Below are positions 27,397 to 36,961 of a stretch of 64,000 bases of DNA, in pieces. Source of the stretch: a virus (taxonomy: Duplodnaviria; Caudoviricetes); IMG/VR virus record IMGVR_UViG_2657245717_000001, positions 1-64,000 of that record, one strand, 5' to 3'. Made by a program: the position numbers and the translations under genes. The notes below the pieces were generated by a model that saw only the letters and a program-made list of their open reading frames with translations, searched no databases and was not told where the DNA came from. Position 1 is the stretch's first letter. Each line of letters starts with the position of its first letter.

Positions 27397-28337
27397 GCCG
27401 GCCTGTTCCGAAGGGGGACCCGCCGCCGCACGGTCACGCGAACCGGTACGTGAGGTGGCACTGCCGCTGCACACCCTGCACGCGGGCCGCGTCTCGCGCG
27501 GACGCTGAGCGGCGCCTCGACCGCCTGGCGGGCCGTTCGCGGAAAGTGTCCGCTGAGGCGTGCGCCGCTCACATCGCCGTGTTGGTGGCGGCTGGCCTGA
27601 GTCAGCAGCAGATAGCGGACGCGGCCGGGGTCTGGCAGGTCACGGTGTCTCGGATTCGGTCTGGGCAGCGGCACGTGAGCCGTTTGACGCAGGACGCGAT
27701 TCTCGCGGTGCCTGTCGGGTGCCGACCAATGAAGGGCCAGGTGTCTTCGGTGGGTGCGGTGCGGCGTCTTCGGGCGCTGTACGCGCTGGGCCACTTCGCG
27801 CGGGACATCGCGGAGAGGTCGGGCCTGTCGAAGGATGCTGTGGCTGATCTGGTGGCTGGCCGGCCGGCGACGTTGGATGCGTCCCGGGATGCGGCTGTGC
27901 GGGCGTGCTTCGACGAGCTGTCGATGAAGGTTGGCGGCTCGGCGAAGACGCGGTTGCGTGCCCAGGCTGAGGGTTGGGTGCCGCCTTTGGCGTGGGATGA
28001 GGACGCGATCGATGATCCCGCGGCTGTTCCGCATGTGGATGCTGCGGCGGCTGTTCCGGAGTCGGGTGAGCGGGCTGTGGCTCGTTGGCTGGCGGGGGAG
28101 TCGGTGGTGTTGTCGCAGTCGGCTCGGGCGGAGGTGGTGGGTCATCTCATGGAGTGGTCGTCGTTGTCGTCGGCGGAGATTGGGGTGCGGTTGGGGGTGT
28201 CGACGGGGGCGGTGGAGAAGCAGTGGGAGCGGTTGGTGCGGCGGGCGCGTGTGGAGGGGCGGCCTGTGCCGTGGCGGCGTGTGTCGCGTGATCGGAATCG
28301 AATGTTGAAGCAGAGCGAGATGGGAGAAGCAGCATGA
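27393..28337 (+). CDS. Multi-HTH DNA-binding protein with N-terminal HG..RY..CRC..C motif
   Basis: [20 protein letters not shown]; [10 protein letters not shown]; W.PPLAWDE..IDDP; C-terminal HTH. Confidence 0.75.
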   Translation: MSRPVPKGDPPPHGHANRYVRWHCRCTPCTRAASRADAERRLDRLAGRSRKVSAEACAAHIAVLVAAGLSQQQIADAAGVWQVTVSRIRSGQRHVSRLTQDAILAVPVGCRPMKGQVSSVGAVRRLRALYALGHFARDIAERSGLSKDAVADLVAGRPATLDASRDAAVRACFDELSMKVGGSAKTRLRAQAEGWVPPLAWDEDAIDDPAAVPHVDAAAAVPESGERAVARWLAGESVVLSQSARAEVVGHLMEWSSLSSAEIGVRLGVSTGAVEKQWERLVRRARVEGRPVPWRRVSRDRNRMLKQSEMGEAA

Positions 28338-28867
28338 GTAACGGCACTGAGATCACGGTGGTCGGGAACCTCGTAGAAGACCCCGAGCTGCGGTTTACTC
28401 CGAACGGTGCGGCTGTCGCGAAGTTCCGGGTGGCCAGTACCCCGCGGAAGTTCAACCGGGACACGAACGCGTGGGAGGACGACAAGGAGGGTGCGCTGTT
28501 CCTGTCGTGCTCGGTGTGGCGGCAGGCCGCTGAGAACTGTGCGGAGTCGCTTCAGAAGGGGATGCGGGTGATCGTGCAGGGCCGGCTGAAGCAGCGGTCG
28601 TACGAGGATCGTGAGGGTGTGAAGCGCACGGTGTTCGAGGTGGATGTTGAGGAGGTGGGTCCGAGTTTGAAGATGGCGACGGCGCGGGTGGAGAAGGCGT
28701 CCCGCGGCGCCGGCGGTCAGGGGCAGGGTCGGCAGCAGGGTGGTGGGTCGCGGTCGGGTGGTTGGGGTGGTGGTCAGGGTCCGGCGCAGGATGCGTGGTC
28801 GTCGGGCGGGCAGCAGGGGCAGGGGCAGCAGGGTGGTTGGGGTGGGGGTGATGAGCCGCCGTTCTGA
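28334..28867 (+). CDS. ssb: Single-stranded DNA-binding protein
   Basis: [28 protein letters not shown]; G/Q-rich linker; DEPPF tail. Confidence 0.96.
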   Translation: MSNGTEITVVGNLVEDPELRFTPNGAAVAKFRVASTPRKFNRDTNAWEDDKEGALFLSCSVWRQAAENCAESLQKGMRVIVQGRLKQRSYEDREGVKRTVFEVDVEEVGPSLKMATARVEKASRGAGGQGQGRQQGGGSRSGGWGGGQGPAQDAWSSGGQQGQGQQGGWGGGDEPPF

Positions 28868-28921
28868 GGTGGTGTGAAGGGGGAGGGGCTGGCCTTTGGG
28901 TTGGCCCCTTCTCTCGCTCGC

Positions 28922-28952
28922 CATACTCCATTGCGTTGCGCAATGGAGTATG
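28922..28952 (+). promoter_or_regulatory. 31-bp palindromic operator-promoter, copy 3
   Basis: CATACTCCATTGCG-TTG-CGCAATGGAGTATG; downstream GGA(T/G)AGTGGTC(A/G)TGCCGACAACAC shared with copy 2. Confidence 0.88.
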
Positions 28953-28991
28953 GGATAGTGGTCATGCCGACAACACGCGAAAGAGGCGTCA

Positions 28992-29099
28992 ATGCCCACC
29001 TGCGACTGCACCGACCACGCCGACACCGGCACCCACGGCCACGACTGCATCCACTGGGACCTCCCCACCGACGACCCGTCCGACCACTACGGCCTCTGA
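28992..29099 (+). CDS. 35-aa Cys/His/Asp-rich microprotein
   Basis: AAGAGG RBS; MPTCDCTDHADTGTHGHDCIHWDLPTDDPSDHYGL; first ORF after the operator. Confidence 0.45.
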   Translation: MPTCDCTDHADTGTHGHDCIHWDLPTDDPSDHYGL

Positions 29100-29136
29100 G
29101 CCCGCCCCCGCACCACAACACCCCTCAGGAGGAGAC

Positions 29137-29319
29137 ATGAACATCGTTGCCCGCTGGACCAACAAGAACGGCGGCGAGGGCCGCATCCCCGGCGACTTCG
29201 GCACCGTGCAGGCCGCCGAGGACGCTGCGGCAAACCACCTGGAGAAGCACCCGCAGATGGCGGAGGTGACGATCAGCCACAAGGTCGGCGGCGTCGTGAA
29301 GACCGTGACCCGCGACTGA
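29137..29319 (+). CDS. Small hypothetical protein
   Basis: AGGAGGAG RBS. Confidence 0.65.
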   Translation: MNIVARWTNKNGGEGRIPGDFGTVQAAEDAAANHLEKHPQMAEVTISHKVGGVVKTVTRD

Positions 29320-29338
29320 TCTGCACCGCTCTCAAGCC

Positions 29339-29416
29339 GCCCCGTGTAGGCAAGCCCAGTGCCAGCACCCCCTGTCTGGTCGGGCGCGCGGTTCGAATCC
29401 GCGGCGGGGCACTCCA
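29339..29416 (+). ncRNA. tRNA-like element E1 (non-canonical)
   Basis: Acceptor GCCCCGT/GCGGGGC; T-arm CGCGG-TTCGAAT-CCGCG; 72-nt body plus ACTCCA; no canonical D or anticodon arm. Confidence 0.6.
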
Positions 29417-29444
29417 CAACCACCCCTGATGAGACGAGGCAGCC

Positions 29445-29804
29445 ATGAACTCGAACCTCCCCGCCGTGCCGACCATGACCGCCGACAACCTGCGTGGCGC
29501 GGTCACCGACATCATCAACGACCTCGACGCCACCTGGATCAAGAACGGTGCCGTGCGCATCGTCGACGCTGGCGACGGCTACCCGGGGACGGACGGGCCG
29601 ACGGTCACGGTGATCACCGACAGGATCACCGCTGGTCTGATCCGGACCGCGCTGCGCAACGGGACGCTGACCGCTGACCGGCTGTACGCCCGTGACCGGA
29701 TCGTCGTGGCGCAGCGTACGGCGGGGACGCGGGCGGCCGACCAGCAGCGGGTGGCGACGCGTAAGGCGCAGTTCCTCGCCAGGGCGCAGTTCCCCGCTCT
29801 GTGA
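29445..29804 (+). CDS. Hypothetical protein between two tRNA-like elements
   Basis: GAGG RBS; GC3-rich frame. Confidence 0.6.
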   Translation: MNSNLPAVPTMTADNLRGAVTDIINDLDATWIKNGAVRIVDAGDGYPGTDGPTVTVITDRITAGLIRTALRNGTLTADRLYARDRIVVAQRTAGTRAADQQRVATRKAQFLARAQFPAL

Positions 29805-29811
29805 TCCATCA

Positions 29812-29855
29812 GCCCTGACGGTCGTAGGGGAGGTTCGACTCCTCCCCAGGGCGCC
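29812..29855 (+). ncRNA. tRNA-minihelix-like element E2
   Basis: GCCCTG/CAGGGC stem; T-arm GGAGG-TTCGACT-CCTCC; 10-nt linker. Confidence 0.55.
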
Positions 29856-29916
29856 TCTTCCTCCCTCACCACCCTTGCCGCGCTCGGCGCGGCCTACCTC
29901 TCGACGGGAGACCCCT

Positions 29917-30348
29917 ATGACCATCCCCGCCATCGACCCGCACGCGGTCCGGGACCAGGCCGTGCACGCGTGGCTGATGCACGCCACCACCCACCGGTAC
30001 GACGCCCGCCTCACCACCTGGACCCACAGCGTGAACGCGGCCGGCGAGCCCGTGTGGTCCGCCGAGCTCGCCGGCGCTGACACGGCTACCGCTCTGCCCC
30101 GCTTCGCCTCCACCACCCGCCTGCCGCTGCGTACGGACTCCGACGTCCTGCCGATCCTCAGCGTCGAGCTGGAGGGGCGTGTGGCGGTGTGGTGGCGGCA
30201 GGGCGGGGTGTGGGTGGAGTTGTGGCATCCGGACCCGCTGCTGCCTGTCTCTTCGCCGTTGGGCGGGTTGTGGCGGCGGACGGTCGAGGTCCTGCCGAAG
30301 CCCAGCCCGAGCCTGTTCCCCGCCCAGACCAAGGAGACGACCCGATGA
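29917..30348 (+). CDS. Hypothetical protein
   Basis: GGGAG RBS; ATGA coupling downstream. Confidence 0.55.
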   Translation: MTIPAIDPHAVRDQAVHAWLMHATTHRYDARLTTWTHSVNAAGEPVWSAELAGADTATALPRFASTTRLPLRTDSDVLPILSVELEGRVAVWWRQGGVWVELWHPDPLLPVSSPLGGLWRRTVEVLPKPSPSLFPAQTKETTR

Positions 30349-30860
30349 GTGAGCCCATGACCGAGGAGCGCCTGGCGGCGATCGCTGACCGTGCCGCGCA
30401 CGCCTACGAGTACGACCCGTCCGAGCAGGCTGAGGTGCTGGCTGGCACTGATATTCCGGCTCTGCTCGCCGAGGTGGAGCGTCTCCGCGCCGAGCTGGCG
30501 CAGGTCCGGGAGGCGGCTGCCGCAGCCCGCTACTACCTCGGAGCCTTCGTTCACGACAGTGAGGACCCCGGCACGGGGGCGCTCGGCGCACTCCACATGC
30601 TGGGGGCCGCTGGCATCCCCGCCGAGCGGGGCGACCTGTCCGAGCAGGTGATGGCGCGGCACGTGGCTGTCGCTGTCGAGGAGGCTCTGGCCGCCCGCCC
30701 GACCCGCGCCGAGGCAATCCGCGAGGCGGCAGAAGCGGGAGAGGAGGTGGCGAACCGGATGCACTCCATGGGCTATGACGGTCGAGCAAGCGGCGCGTAC
30801 GACGTGGTTGACGAGCTGCGCCGCGCCGCCGACGACGCCGAGGCGGGTGAGTCGAAGTGA
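30345..30860 (+). CDS. Hypothetical phage protein (Ead/Ea22-like motif)
   Basis: MTEERLAAI..R; DIPALLAEVERLRAEL. Confidence 0.65.
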   Translation: MSEPMTEERLAAIADRAAHAYEYDPSEQAEVLAGTDIPALLAEVERLRAELAQVREAAAAARYYLGAFVHDSEDPGTGALGALHMLGAAGIPAERGDLSEQVMARHVAVAVEEALAARPTRAEAIREAAEAGEEVANRMHSMGYDGRASGAYDVVDELRRAADDAEAGESK

Positions 30861-31048
30861 GCGAGCCGATCTACTGCGGCCTGTGCCTCTACGGCTCTGA
30901 CATCGGCGTACCGGGCTACGACGACAAGGGCCCCGCGTACACCAACCCGGAGTGCCGAGACCACAACCCGAAGGCTCACGAGGCGGGTGAGGCGAAGCCG
31001 TCGGCCCGCGACGAACTGCCTGCGGGTGAGGACGACCTGCCGTTCTAG
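30857..31048 (+). CDS. Small hypothetical protein
   Basis: GTGA coupling; CxxC; DDLPF tail. Confidence 0.5.
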   Translation: MSEPIYCGLCLYGSDIGVPGYDDKGPAYTNPECRDHNPKAHEAGEAKPSARDELPAGEDDLPF

Positions 31049-31131
31049 CCGCGTTGGACGGTGCCGCCCTGCCCGTACCAGGGCGGCACCCGACCACAGG
31101 AGACCACGCCCACCCCGCCAGGAGGACCCAC

Positions 31132-31893
31132 ATGGGAGCAGCACTCCACCTCGCCCACGTCACCGAACTCCCCACCCGCAAGCAGAAGCGCAAGGGCGGA
31201 GGCAGCGGAGGCGACGGGTACGACCAACTCGTCACCCGGGTCTACCAGGACGAACGGATGACCAGCCAGGCCCGCGAGCTCATCCTGATGCTTGCCTGGC
31301 TCGTTCAGCGCGACCCCGACCGGTTCAACGAGGACAAGCCCGAAAGCCCGTGGAACCGGGCCAACACCATCCTGGGTACGTACGGGAACGGCCCCCGTAA
31401 GGGGTCTCGGCTTGCCGACCTCATCGACTCCGACCGGCCCCGATACGAGCCGGACTGGTCCAGCCAAGCGTGGCAGTCCCGCCGCTGCGCCGCCCCGATG
31501 ATCCGACGTGCAGGGGAGTGCGGTCAGACCGCCTCCGGCCATTCGCTGCGGATCGATCCGGAGACCGGTTGGCAGACCCCCGTCTGGTTCTGCTCCCGAC
31601 ACAAGGACTTCGGCCACAGCATCCGGCAGATGCTGAGTGCTGCGGAGCGCCCCGAGCCGATTCCGAACACGGGTGGGTTGATGCCGTCGTACCTGGAGGC
31701 GTCGGACGGTGACGCGGGATGGATTCGGGTCTACCGCAAGGCGTCGGACTGGAAGGGGTCTCGTTGGGAGCCGCCGAAGGCGTACGGCCTGTGCGCCGAC
31801 GACTGGCCGGTGCCCGGCCAGGACCCGATTCCGCAGCGTGCCCGCCTCCGCCTCGTCCTCGGCGGCACCCGACCACAGGAGACCACGCCATGA
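31132..31893 (+). CDS. Hypothetical protein flanked by 29-bp direct repeats
   Basis: AGGAGG RBS; C..PM.RR..ECG and WFC.RH motifs. Confidence 0.7.
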   Translation: MGAALHLAHVTELPTRKQKRKGGGSGGDGYDQLVTRVYQDERMTSQARELILMLAWLVQRDPDRFNEDKPESPWNRANTILGTYGNGPRKGSRLADLIDSDRPRYEPDWSSQAWQSRRCAAPMIRRAGECGQTASGHSLRIDPETGWQTPVWFCSRHKDFGHSIRQMLSAAERPEPIPNTGGLMPSYLEASDGDAGWIRVYRKASDWKGSRWEPPKAYGLCADDWPVPGQDPIPQRARLRLVLGGTRPQETTP

Positions 31894-32114
31894 CCCACCC
31901 CAACCCACTCACCCTCACCACCACCGACATCCACACCCTCCGCACCGCACTCGACACCCTCGCCCCCGACGACACCACCCTCCTCCGCCAACAACTCGCC
32001 GGAGCCCTCGCCGAACTCGACCTGTACCGGCAATGGCTCACCCACCGCACCCAACAGCTCGCCGACGCACACGACCTCATCCACCACCTCACCCACCCGG
32101 AGACCACCGAGTGA
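31890..32114 (+). CDS. Hypothetical coiled-coil protein
   Basis: AGGAG RBS; coupled. Confidence 0.55.
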   Translation: MTHPNPLTLTTTDIHTLRTALDTLAPDDTTLLRQQLAGALAELDLYRQWLTHRTQQLADAHDLIHHLTHPETTE

Positions 32115-32476
32115 CCGTCGTCCAGGTGAGCGTGGGCCCGACACACCACACTGACGGGCCCACCCACCACCACCTCAAAGCCCTCCCCCACCGTCCCGCC
32201 GACCCCCGCTACACCGTCACCCGCCGGCAACTCAACATCCTCCGCCTCATCGCCAACGGCAACACCACCACCGCCATAGCCCGACGCCTCGGCATCTCCT
32301 ACAACACGGTCACCTCGCAGGTCGCCAGCATCCACCGGAAGCTCCGAGTCTCCGACCGGGCGCAGGCTGTCGCTGTGGCGCTGTGTCTGGGCCTGCTGGA
32401 CATGGGCGACGTGCTGGTGCCGGACGGCGCGAACTCCAGCTACCGCACCCACACCACCTCGGAAGGAGCCTTGTGA
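32111..32476 (+). CDS. LuxR-type HTH regulator
   Basis: TRRQLNILRLIANGNTTTAIARRLGISYNTV..Q...IHRKLRVSDRAQAVA. Confidence 0.85.
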   Translation: MTVVQVSVGPTHHTDGPTHHHLKALPHRPADPRYTVTRRQLNILRLIANGNTTTAIARRLGISYNTVTSQVASIHRKLRVSDRAQAVAVALCLGLLDMGDVLVPDGANSSYRTHTTSEGAL

Positions 32477-33204
32477 CTGCCCTGCCCTGCCCCACCCCGA
32501 CCAAGAGCCGCTACGCCACCACCGCGGCCGCCGACCAGGCCGCCCGCCACGTGCAGATACCCGTCGGCACGATCATGCGGGCCTATGAGTGCCAGTGCGG
32601 CTGGTGGCACCTCACCCGCAGCAGCACGCCGGCCGAGCCCATCCCCTACGAAGACCTCACACCGGCTGACGGCGACGAGCAGCTCCTCGCCGGCGTCGGC
32701 CACAACCTATTCGCCGACGTCGTCGCCCGCGACATTCACGGCCGCGGCCCCATTGAGGAAGCCCTCGCCCTCCGCCACCCGACGAACGCACTCCGCTGGA
32801 AAGAAGCCCTGAAGGCGGCGTGGATCGCGTCGGAGAAGCAGATGGCCGCTCGCCGCGGTGACACGTCTGCGCAGGCGAAGGAGTGGCGGGCGCGGGCCGA
32901 GCAGTATCGGGCGGCGTTGCGGGTCCGCCGGCTGGAGGCGAAGCGCCGCGCGCACCCGTACCCGCGCACGCAGGGGCAGGCTCTCTCGCCGGCCGAGCAG
33001 GTGGCGGTTGAACGTGCTCGTGCTGCGGGGAGGCCGCGTCGGGAGCAGCGGCGTATCGCGGGTGATGTGGCGGTGAAGCTGTTGATCGCCGCGCATGAGG
33101 ACGAGTTCTACGGGCTGTTCGCTGCGGAGTGTGAGCGGCTCGGGTTGCCGTTGACGGCTCGGGATGAGGCCCGTGTGCAGCGTGGGTTGGGGGAGGCCGC
33201 GTGA
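32473..33204 (+). CDS. Hypothetical protein with N-terminal Zn-finger
   Basis: CPTPTK..Y.T...A...RAYECQCGWWHLT. Confidence 0.65.
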   Translation: MTALPCPTPTKSRYATTAAADQAARHVQIPVGTIMRAYECQCGWWHLTRSSTPAEPIPYEDLTPADGDEQLLAGVGHNLFADVVARDIHGRGPIEEALALRHPTNALRWKEALKAAWIASEKQMAARRGDTSAQAKEWRARAEQYRAALRVRRLEAKRRAHPYPRTQGQALSPAEQVAVERARAAGRPRREQRRIAGDVAVKLLIAAHEDEFYGLFAAECERLGLPLTARDEARVQRGLGEAA

Positions 33205-33352
33205 GCCCTGGATGTGTGACTGTCACGGCTGGCTGTGGGCATGTGTGGCGGCTGCCCGCGATGGTCGACTTGGCCGGCCGTGTGGTTGTGCCTGCTGAAA
33301 CGTGGTGCCGCGCTCATCAGGTGTGGCACACCGACACTGAGGAGACCGAACG

Positions 33353-33631
33353 ATGAGCGACACCCTTCCCGCCGACACTCTCCGCACGGCCGCCGAACGG
33401 CTGCGCGATGTCGCTCCGCAGATCACTGGGCCTCTCGCTGGACTCGCCGACCCCGTAGCCGACTGGCTGGAGGCAGCCGCACGCGACTACGAGGCCAGCG
33501 TCACCGCCGCCGACCAGGTGTTCCACGACGACCCGGAGGGGCGGCAGGCGTTCATCACCACCGGGCCCGGTGCCCCGTCTCCGCACGCCCTCGCTGTCGC
33601 CCACCACATCCTCGAAGGCGGTCCCCGATGA
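33353..33631 (+). CDS. Hypothetical protein
   Basis: AGGAG RBS; ATGA coupling. Confidence 0.6.
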   Translation: MSDTLPADTLRTAAERLRDVAPQITGPLAGLADPVADWLEAAARDYEASVTAADQVFHDDPEGRQAFITTGPGAPSPHALAVAHHILEGGPR

Positions 33632-34266
33632 CCGCTGGTGGTTCTGCATTTCAGCGCGCTGGCCAGTTAGCCCGCCGGAGCTGGTGGCAGCGTCTCCTCG
33701 CCCTCCTCGGTATACGCACCGCCCACGCCCGCCGTACCGCCTCGGCCGCCGCTCGCTGGGCCCACGGTGCCGAAGGCGAAGCCCACACCGCCCGCCTCCT
33801 CGCCCCACTCCAGACAGCGGGCTGGCACCTCCGCCACGACCTCGCCCTCCCGAAGTCCCGCGCCAACCTCGACCACGTCCTCGTCTCCCCGTGCGGCACT
33901 GCGCTCGTCGTCCTCGACACGAAACACTGGCACCGCGGCAAACCCACCCACCTGGTTGGCGGCCGTATCCACTGCGGTACTGACGACCGGCACGGCCAGG
34001 TCGAGGCCGTCGCACGGTACGCGCAGCGCGTCGCCACCACCCTCGGGCTCCCCGCCGGTCAGGTGGCGCCGCTCCTCGTCATCCACGGCTCCCCGATCAC
34101 CGGCGGCCGGCTCGAAACCCACACGCCCCACGGCCTGGTGCACGTCCTCGGTACGGACGGGTTGTTGCCCACGCTCCACGCCGCACCCCAGGGCCGTCCG
34201 AACGCCCGCGCCGCGGCCAGGCTCACGGCCCGCGTCGACCAGCATCTCCGGCCCTACCAGCAGTAG
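33628..34266 (+). CDS. NERD-domain nuclease-like protein
   Basis: W..GAEGE..TA..L; HDLALP...ANLDHVLV...VVLDTKHW; TTA at 33667. Confidence 0.85.
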   Translation: MTAGGSAFQRAGQLARRSWWQRLLALLGIRTAHARRTASAAARWAHGAEGEAHTARLLAPLQTAGWHLRHDLALPKSRANLDHVLVSPCGTALVVLDTKHWHRGKPTHLVGGRIHCGTDDRHGQVEAVARYAQRVATTLGLPAGQVAPLLVIHGSPITGGRLETHTPHGLVHVLGTDGLLPTLHAAPQGRPNARAAARLTARVDQHLRPYQQ

Positions 34267-34278
34267 CCCGCACCATCC

Positions 34279-34314
34279 GGCGCCCACCCCAGTCCACAGG
34301 GGTGGGCGCCTTCT
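34279..34314 (+). terminator. Hairpin terminator
   Basis: GGCGCCCACCCC...GGGGTGGGCGCC followed by TTCT. Confidence 0.75.
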
Positions 34315-34349
34315 CCCGTTTCGAGCGGAGACCGGCGTATCCTCAGCCG

Positions 34350-34580
34350 GTGGCAATCGAACTGACTCCCGAGTTGATCGCTCTGCAAGAGGCTGCTGAT
34401 GCGGCTGGCCAGCGTGTGTCTGCGACGCCGAATGACGGTAAAGCGCGGCAGGCGTGGTTCACGGCGTCTGCTGAGGTGCAGGCCGCGGTGACGGAGCACG
34501 CTGCGGCTGCTGGGCTGAACCGTTTCGAGCTGGAGAAGGCTCTGCGCCGGCATGTGCGGCATCCGGAGCTGCGGGACTGA
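34350..34580 (+). CDS. Small conserved actinobacterial protein
   Basis: AIEL..ELIALQ.AA...W...VQAAVTEHA.....RFELE.ALRR.VRHP. Confidence 0.6.
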   Translation: MAIELTPELIALQEAADAAGQRVSATPNDGKARQAWFTASAEVQAAVTEHAAAAGLNRFELEKALRRHVRHPELRD

Positions 34581-35151
34581 CACGCCTCTTCCCTCGCCCT
34601 GTTGTGCGCCCGCATCCTGGCCGTGCAGCAGGGCGGTGTCGTGTCCGCCCTCGGGGGAGACGTCGGCTGGCGACCATTTTGCGGAGGTGCGCAATATGGT
34701 CGGGAGGGGGTGGCATCCGTGACGTGTGGCCAGTGTGGCGCGGAGGTGGCGGGCCTGGATGGGCGGTATGCGTGTGGGGTGTGTGGGTGGGTGAACCGGT
34801 ATGACGAGGGGCATCGGGCGTTGCCGTCGGCGGAGGACGATCCGGACTACCCCGGGCCCGGCGCTTGACGGTCTTGGGCGGCGAGGAGCTGCCTGAGGTG
34901 CTCCCGCCGTGCATGGACAGCTCGCCCTAGCTGTTCGACGTCGAGGGCGGCTCGGCGGTGCGCAGCGCTTCCTGGGGTGGCTGCGGCGAGGCGTGCGCGG
35001 GCCTTCTCCAGTGATGCTTCGCGGGCGGCGAGGCGCCGCTGGACGGTGTCGATGTTCTGCATGGGCTCAGGGTCGCTGAGGTGGTGGCCGGCGGGTGGGG
35101 GTTTTGGGTGTCTGGGGGTGAAATCGCTGGTCATGGGGTGCGGCCCTAGAC

Positions 35152-35167
35152 TCGAACGTATGAACGA
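35152..35167. promoter_or_regulatory. LexA (SOS) box-like site over a leaderless start
   Basis: TCGAAC-GTAT-GAACGA versus actinobacterial TCGAAC-N4-GTTCGA; abuts a TAGACT -10 box. Confidence 0.55.
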
Positions 35168-35492
35168 CCTCACGCCCGAGCAGCGCCTGGAGAAGCACCG
35201 CGCCGTGCGGGACTGGCTGGGCTGGCAGTACCGGCAGGCACAGAAGACGGTGAACGACCTGGAGCGGCAGATCACCGCTGACCGGCACCGGGCGGAGAAG
35301 GCCCGGCGGGAGCGGTCGTGGAAGGTGCAGCCGGAGCGTGCGGGTCGTCCGGCGATGCTGCATCGCGGGGGCTGCTCCCTGTTCAAGACGGAGCTGGGCT
35401 ATCTGAACCGCGAGGAGGCGGTGATCGCGTTGGAGGAGGAGGGGTTGGAGGCGTGTGAGGTGTGCCGGCCGGAGGTGGATCTGCGGGGGTGA
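35160..35492 (+). CDS. DUF6233-like Zn-binding protein
   Basis: LHRGGC......L.REEA..AL......ACEVCRP motif. Confidence 0.75.
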   Translation: MNDLTPEQRLEKHRAVRDWLGWQYRQAQKTVNDLERQITADRHRAEKARRERSWKVQPERAGRPAMLHRGGCSLFKTELGYLNREEAVIALEEEGLEACEVCRPEVDLRG

Positions 35493-35742
35493 CCTGGCGG
35501 CGGCATCGGCTTCGAGGTGACGGCGCCGCCAGGACGTGCAGAGCATGCCACGGGGCCCGGACCATGACGGTCGCGGGCCCCGATGTGTTTCGAGAGTCGT
35601 TAGTCCTGGGTGGGCTCTGTCGCGCCCCAGCCGAGGTCGACCACACCCCACCCGATGTCCGCGAACCCCCAGCCGATGTCGCTGCTCATCACGTCCCCCT
35701 CCCTGCTGCTTGTGGTGCTCGGCAGCCTACGCCCGGCCACCG

Positions 35743-36795
35743 TCACGCGGACCAGGTTCCACGGATCGCTGCCGTGTTGAATCCGGGCCCGTAGGCGACC
35801 ATCACGCCCTGCGCCCCGGCTGCGGGCGGCTCCGCGTGCGTCCGCTCCAGAATCCGCAGCACCGACGGCCCGCCCAGGTTCCCTTCATCGGCGAGCGTCG
35901 CCGTCGAGTGGCGCGTGTCGTGCTCGTCCAGGCCGAGAGCCCGCGCCGTATCCGTGATGATCCGCTGACTGCCGGGGTGGATGACAGCCCAGTCCACGAT
36001 GTGCTGCTGGCCCAGCCACCCGGTGACGCCGGGCAGCACGTCGTCCGCAGCGCTGAGGGCTTCCTTCGTGGAGTCGAAGTGCAGGCCCGTGCTGTCGATG
36101 CGGCCGGCGTACCGGGTGAGACTGTCCGGGAGAACGTGCTCGTACGTGTCGGCCGGCCCGGCGAGGGTGAAGCCGGGGCCGTGGGGCTGGTCGCTGACAA
36201 TGGTCGCCGCGGCACTGTCCCCGAACAGCGCCTTGTAGATCATGTGCTCGACCTGGTTGTCGGCGTGGTTGTAGATCGTGGAGATGACCTCCGCAGCCAC
36301 CACCAGGACACGAGACCCGGGCCGGGCGGCCACCATGTCGGTGGCGCGGATGAGGGCCTGTGTGCCGCCGGCGCAGGCGAGGGTGGTCAGCCCGATCCGC
36401 TGCACAGTGGGCGACAGGCCGAGGCGCTGCACGAGGTGGATGTCGAGGCCGGGGACGGCCCAGCCGGTGGAGTGCGTGGTGACGATGCCGGTGATGTCGG
36501 CCGGGTCGAGGCCGTGGAGGGCGAGCGTGTCGCGGGCGGCTTGCTCGGCCATGTCGAGGGCATCTTCGAACGCCGCGGCTGCGCGGTTCCCGACGGGCGC
36601 GGTGCCGGTGATGGTGTCGGCGGTGAGCGGCCTGGTGAAGTGCCGGGTCTGCACTCCGGTGTTGCCGACGATGCGGAGGATGGACCGCAGCCGCGGATGG
36701 TCGGCGTGGTGGTGCCGAATGTCGTCCGCTATCTCAGCGGTGGTGACTTTGTGGGCGCCGAGGATGGTGGTGGGCTGGGCAATGTGGATGGCCAT
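35743..36795 (-). CDS. Type III polyketide synthase (RppA/PhlD/Gcs-like)
   Basis: Cys-His-Asn triad (LACAGG, IHPGS, EGNLGG); ALFGDSAAA; YGPGF; NTGVQTRH. Confidence 0.95.
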   Translation of the reverse strand: MAIHIAQPTTILGAHKVTTAEIADDIRHHHADHPRLRSILRIVGNTGVQTRHFTRPLTADTITGTAPVGNRAAAAFEDALDMAEQAARDTLALHGLDPADITGIVTTHSTGWAVPGLDIHLVQRLGLSPTVQRIGLTTLACAGGTQALIRATDMVAARPGSRVLVVAAEVISTIYNHADNQVEHMIYKALFGDSAAATIVSDQPHGPGFTLAGPADTYEHVLPDSLTRYAGRIDSTGLHFDSTKEALSAADDVLPGVTGWLGQQHIVDWAVIHPGSQRIITDTARALGLDEHDTRHSTATLADEGNLGGPSVLRILERTHAEPPAAGAQGVMVAYGPGFNTAAIRGTWSA

Positions 36796-36961
36796 GAGGT
36801 CTCCCCTGGGCAGTTTCTGAACCGGGTGCGGGGGAGTGCTCACGGTACGGCTCTTTGGCTTGATCGTTGCCCCGGCTTTTCGCCGTCTTGATGCGTGACC
36901 AGCGGCGTGTGGGGCCGCCGCTGGTGTGGTGGTGCGCGTGGGGTGGCTGAGACGCGTGTGG

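Noticed and set aside
22922-28952. Palindrome copies 2 and 3 are exactly 6000 bp apart
   Set aside because: The other spacings show no periodicity; treated as coincidence.
29339-29416. Canonical tRNA gene
   Set aside because: The T-arm and acceptor stem are good, but no D-arm or 7-nt anticodon loop can be drawn; reported as tRNA-like instead.
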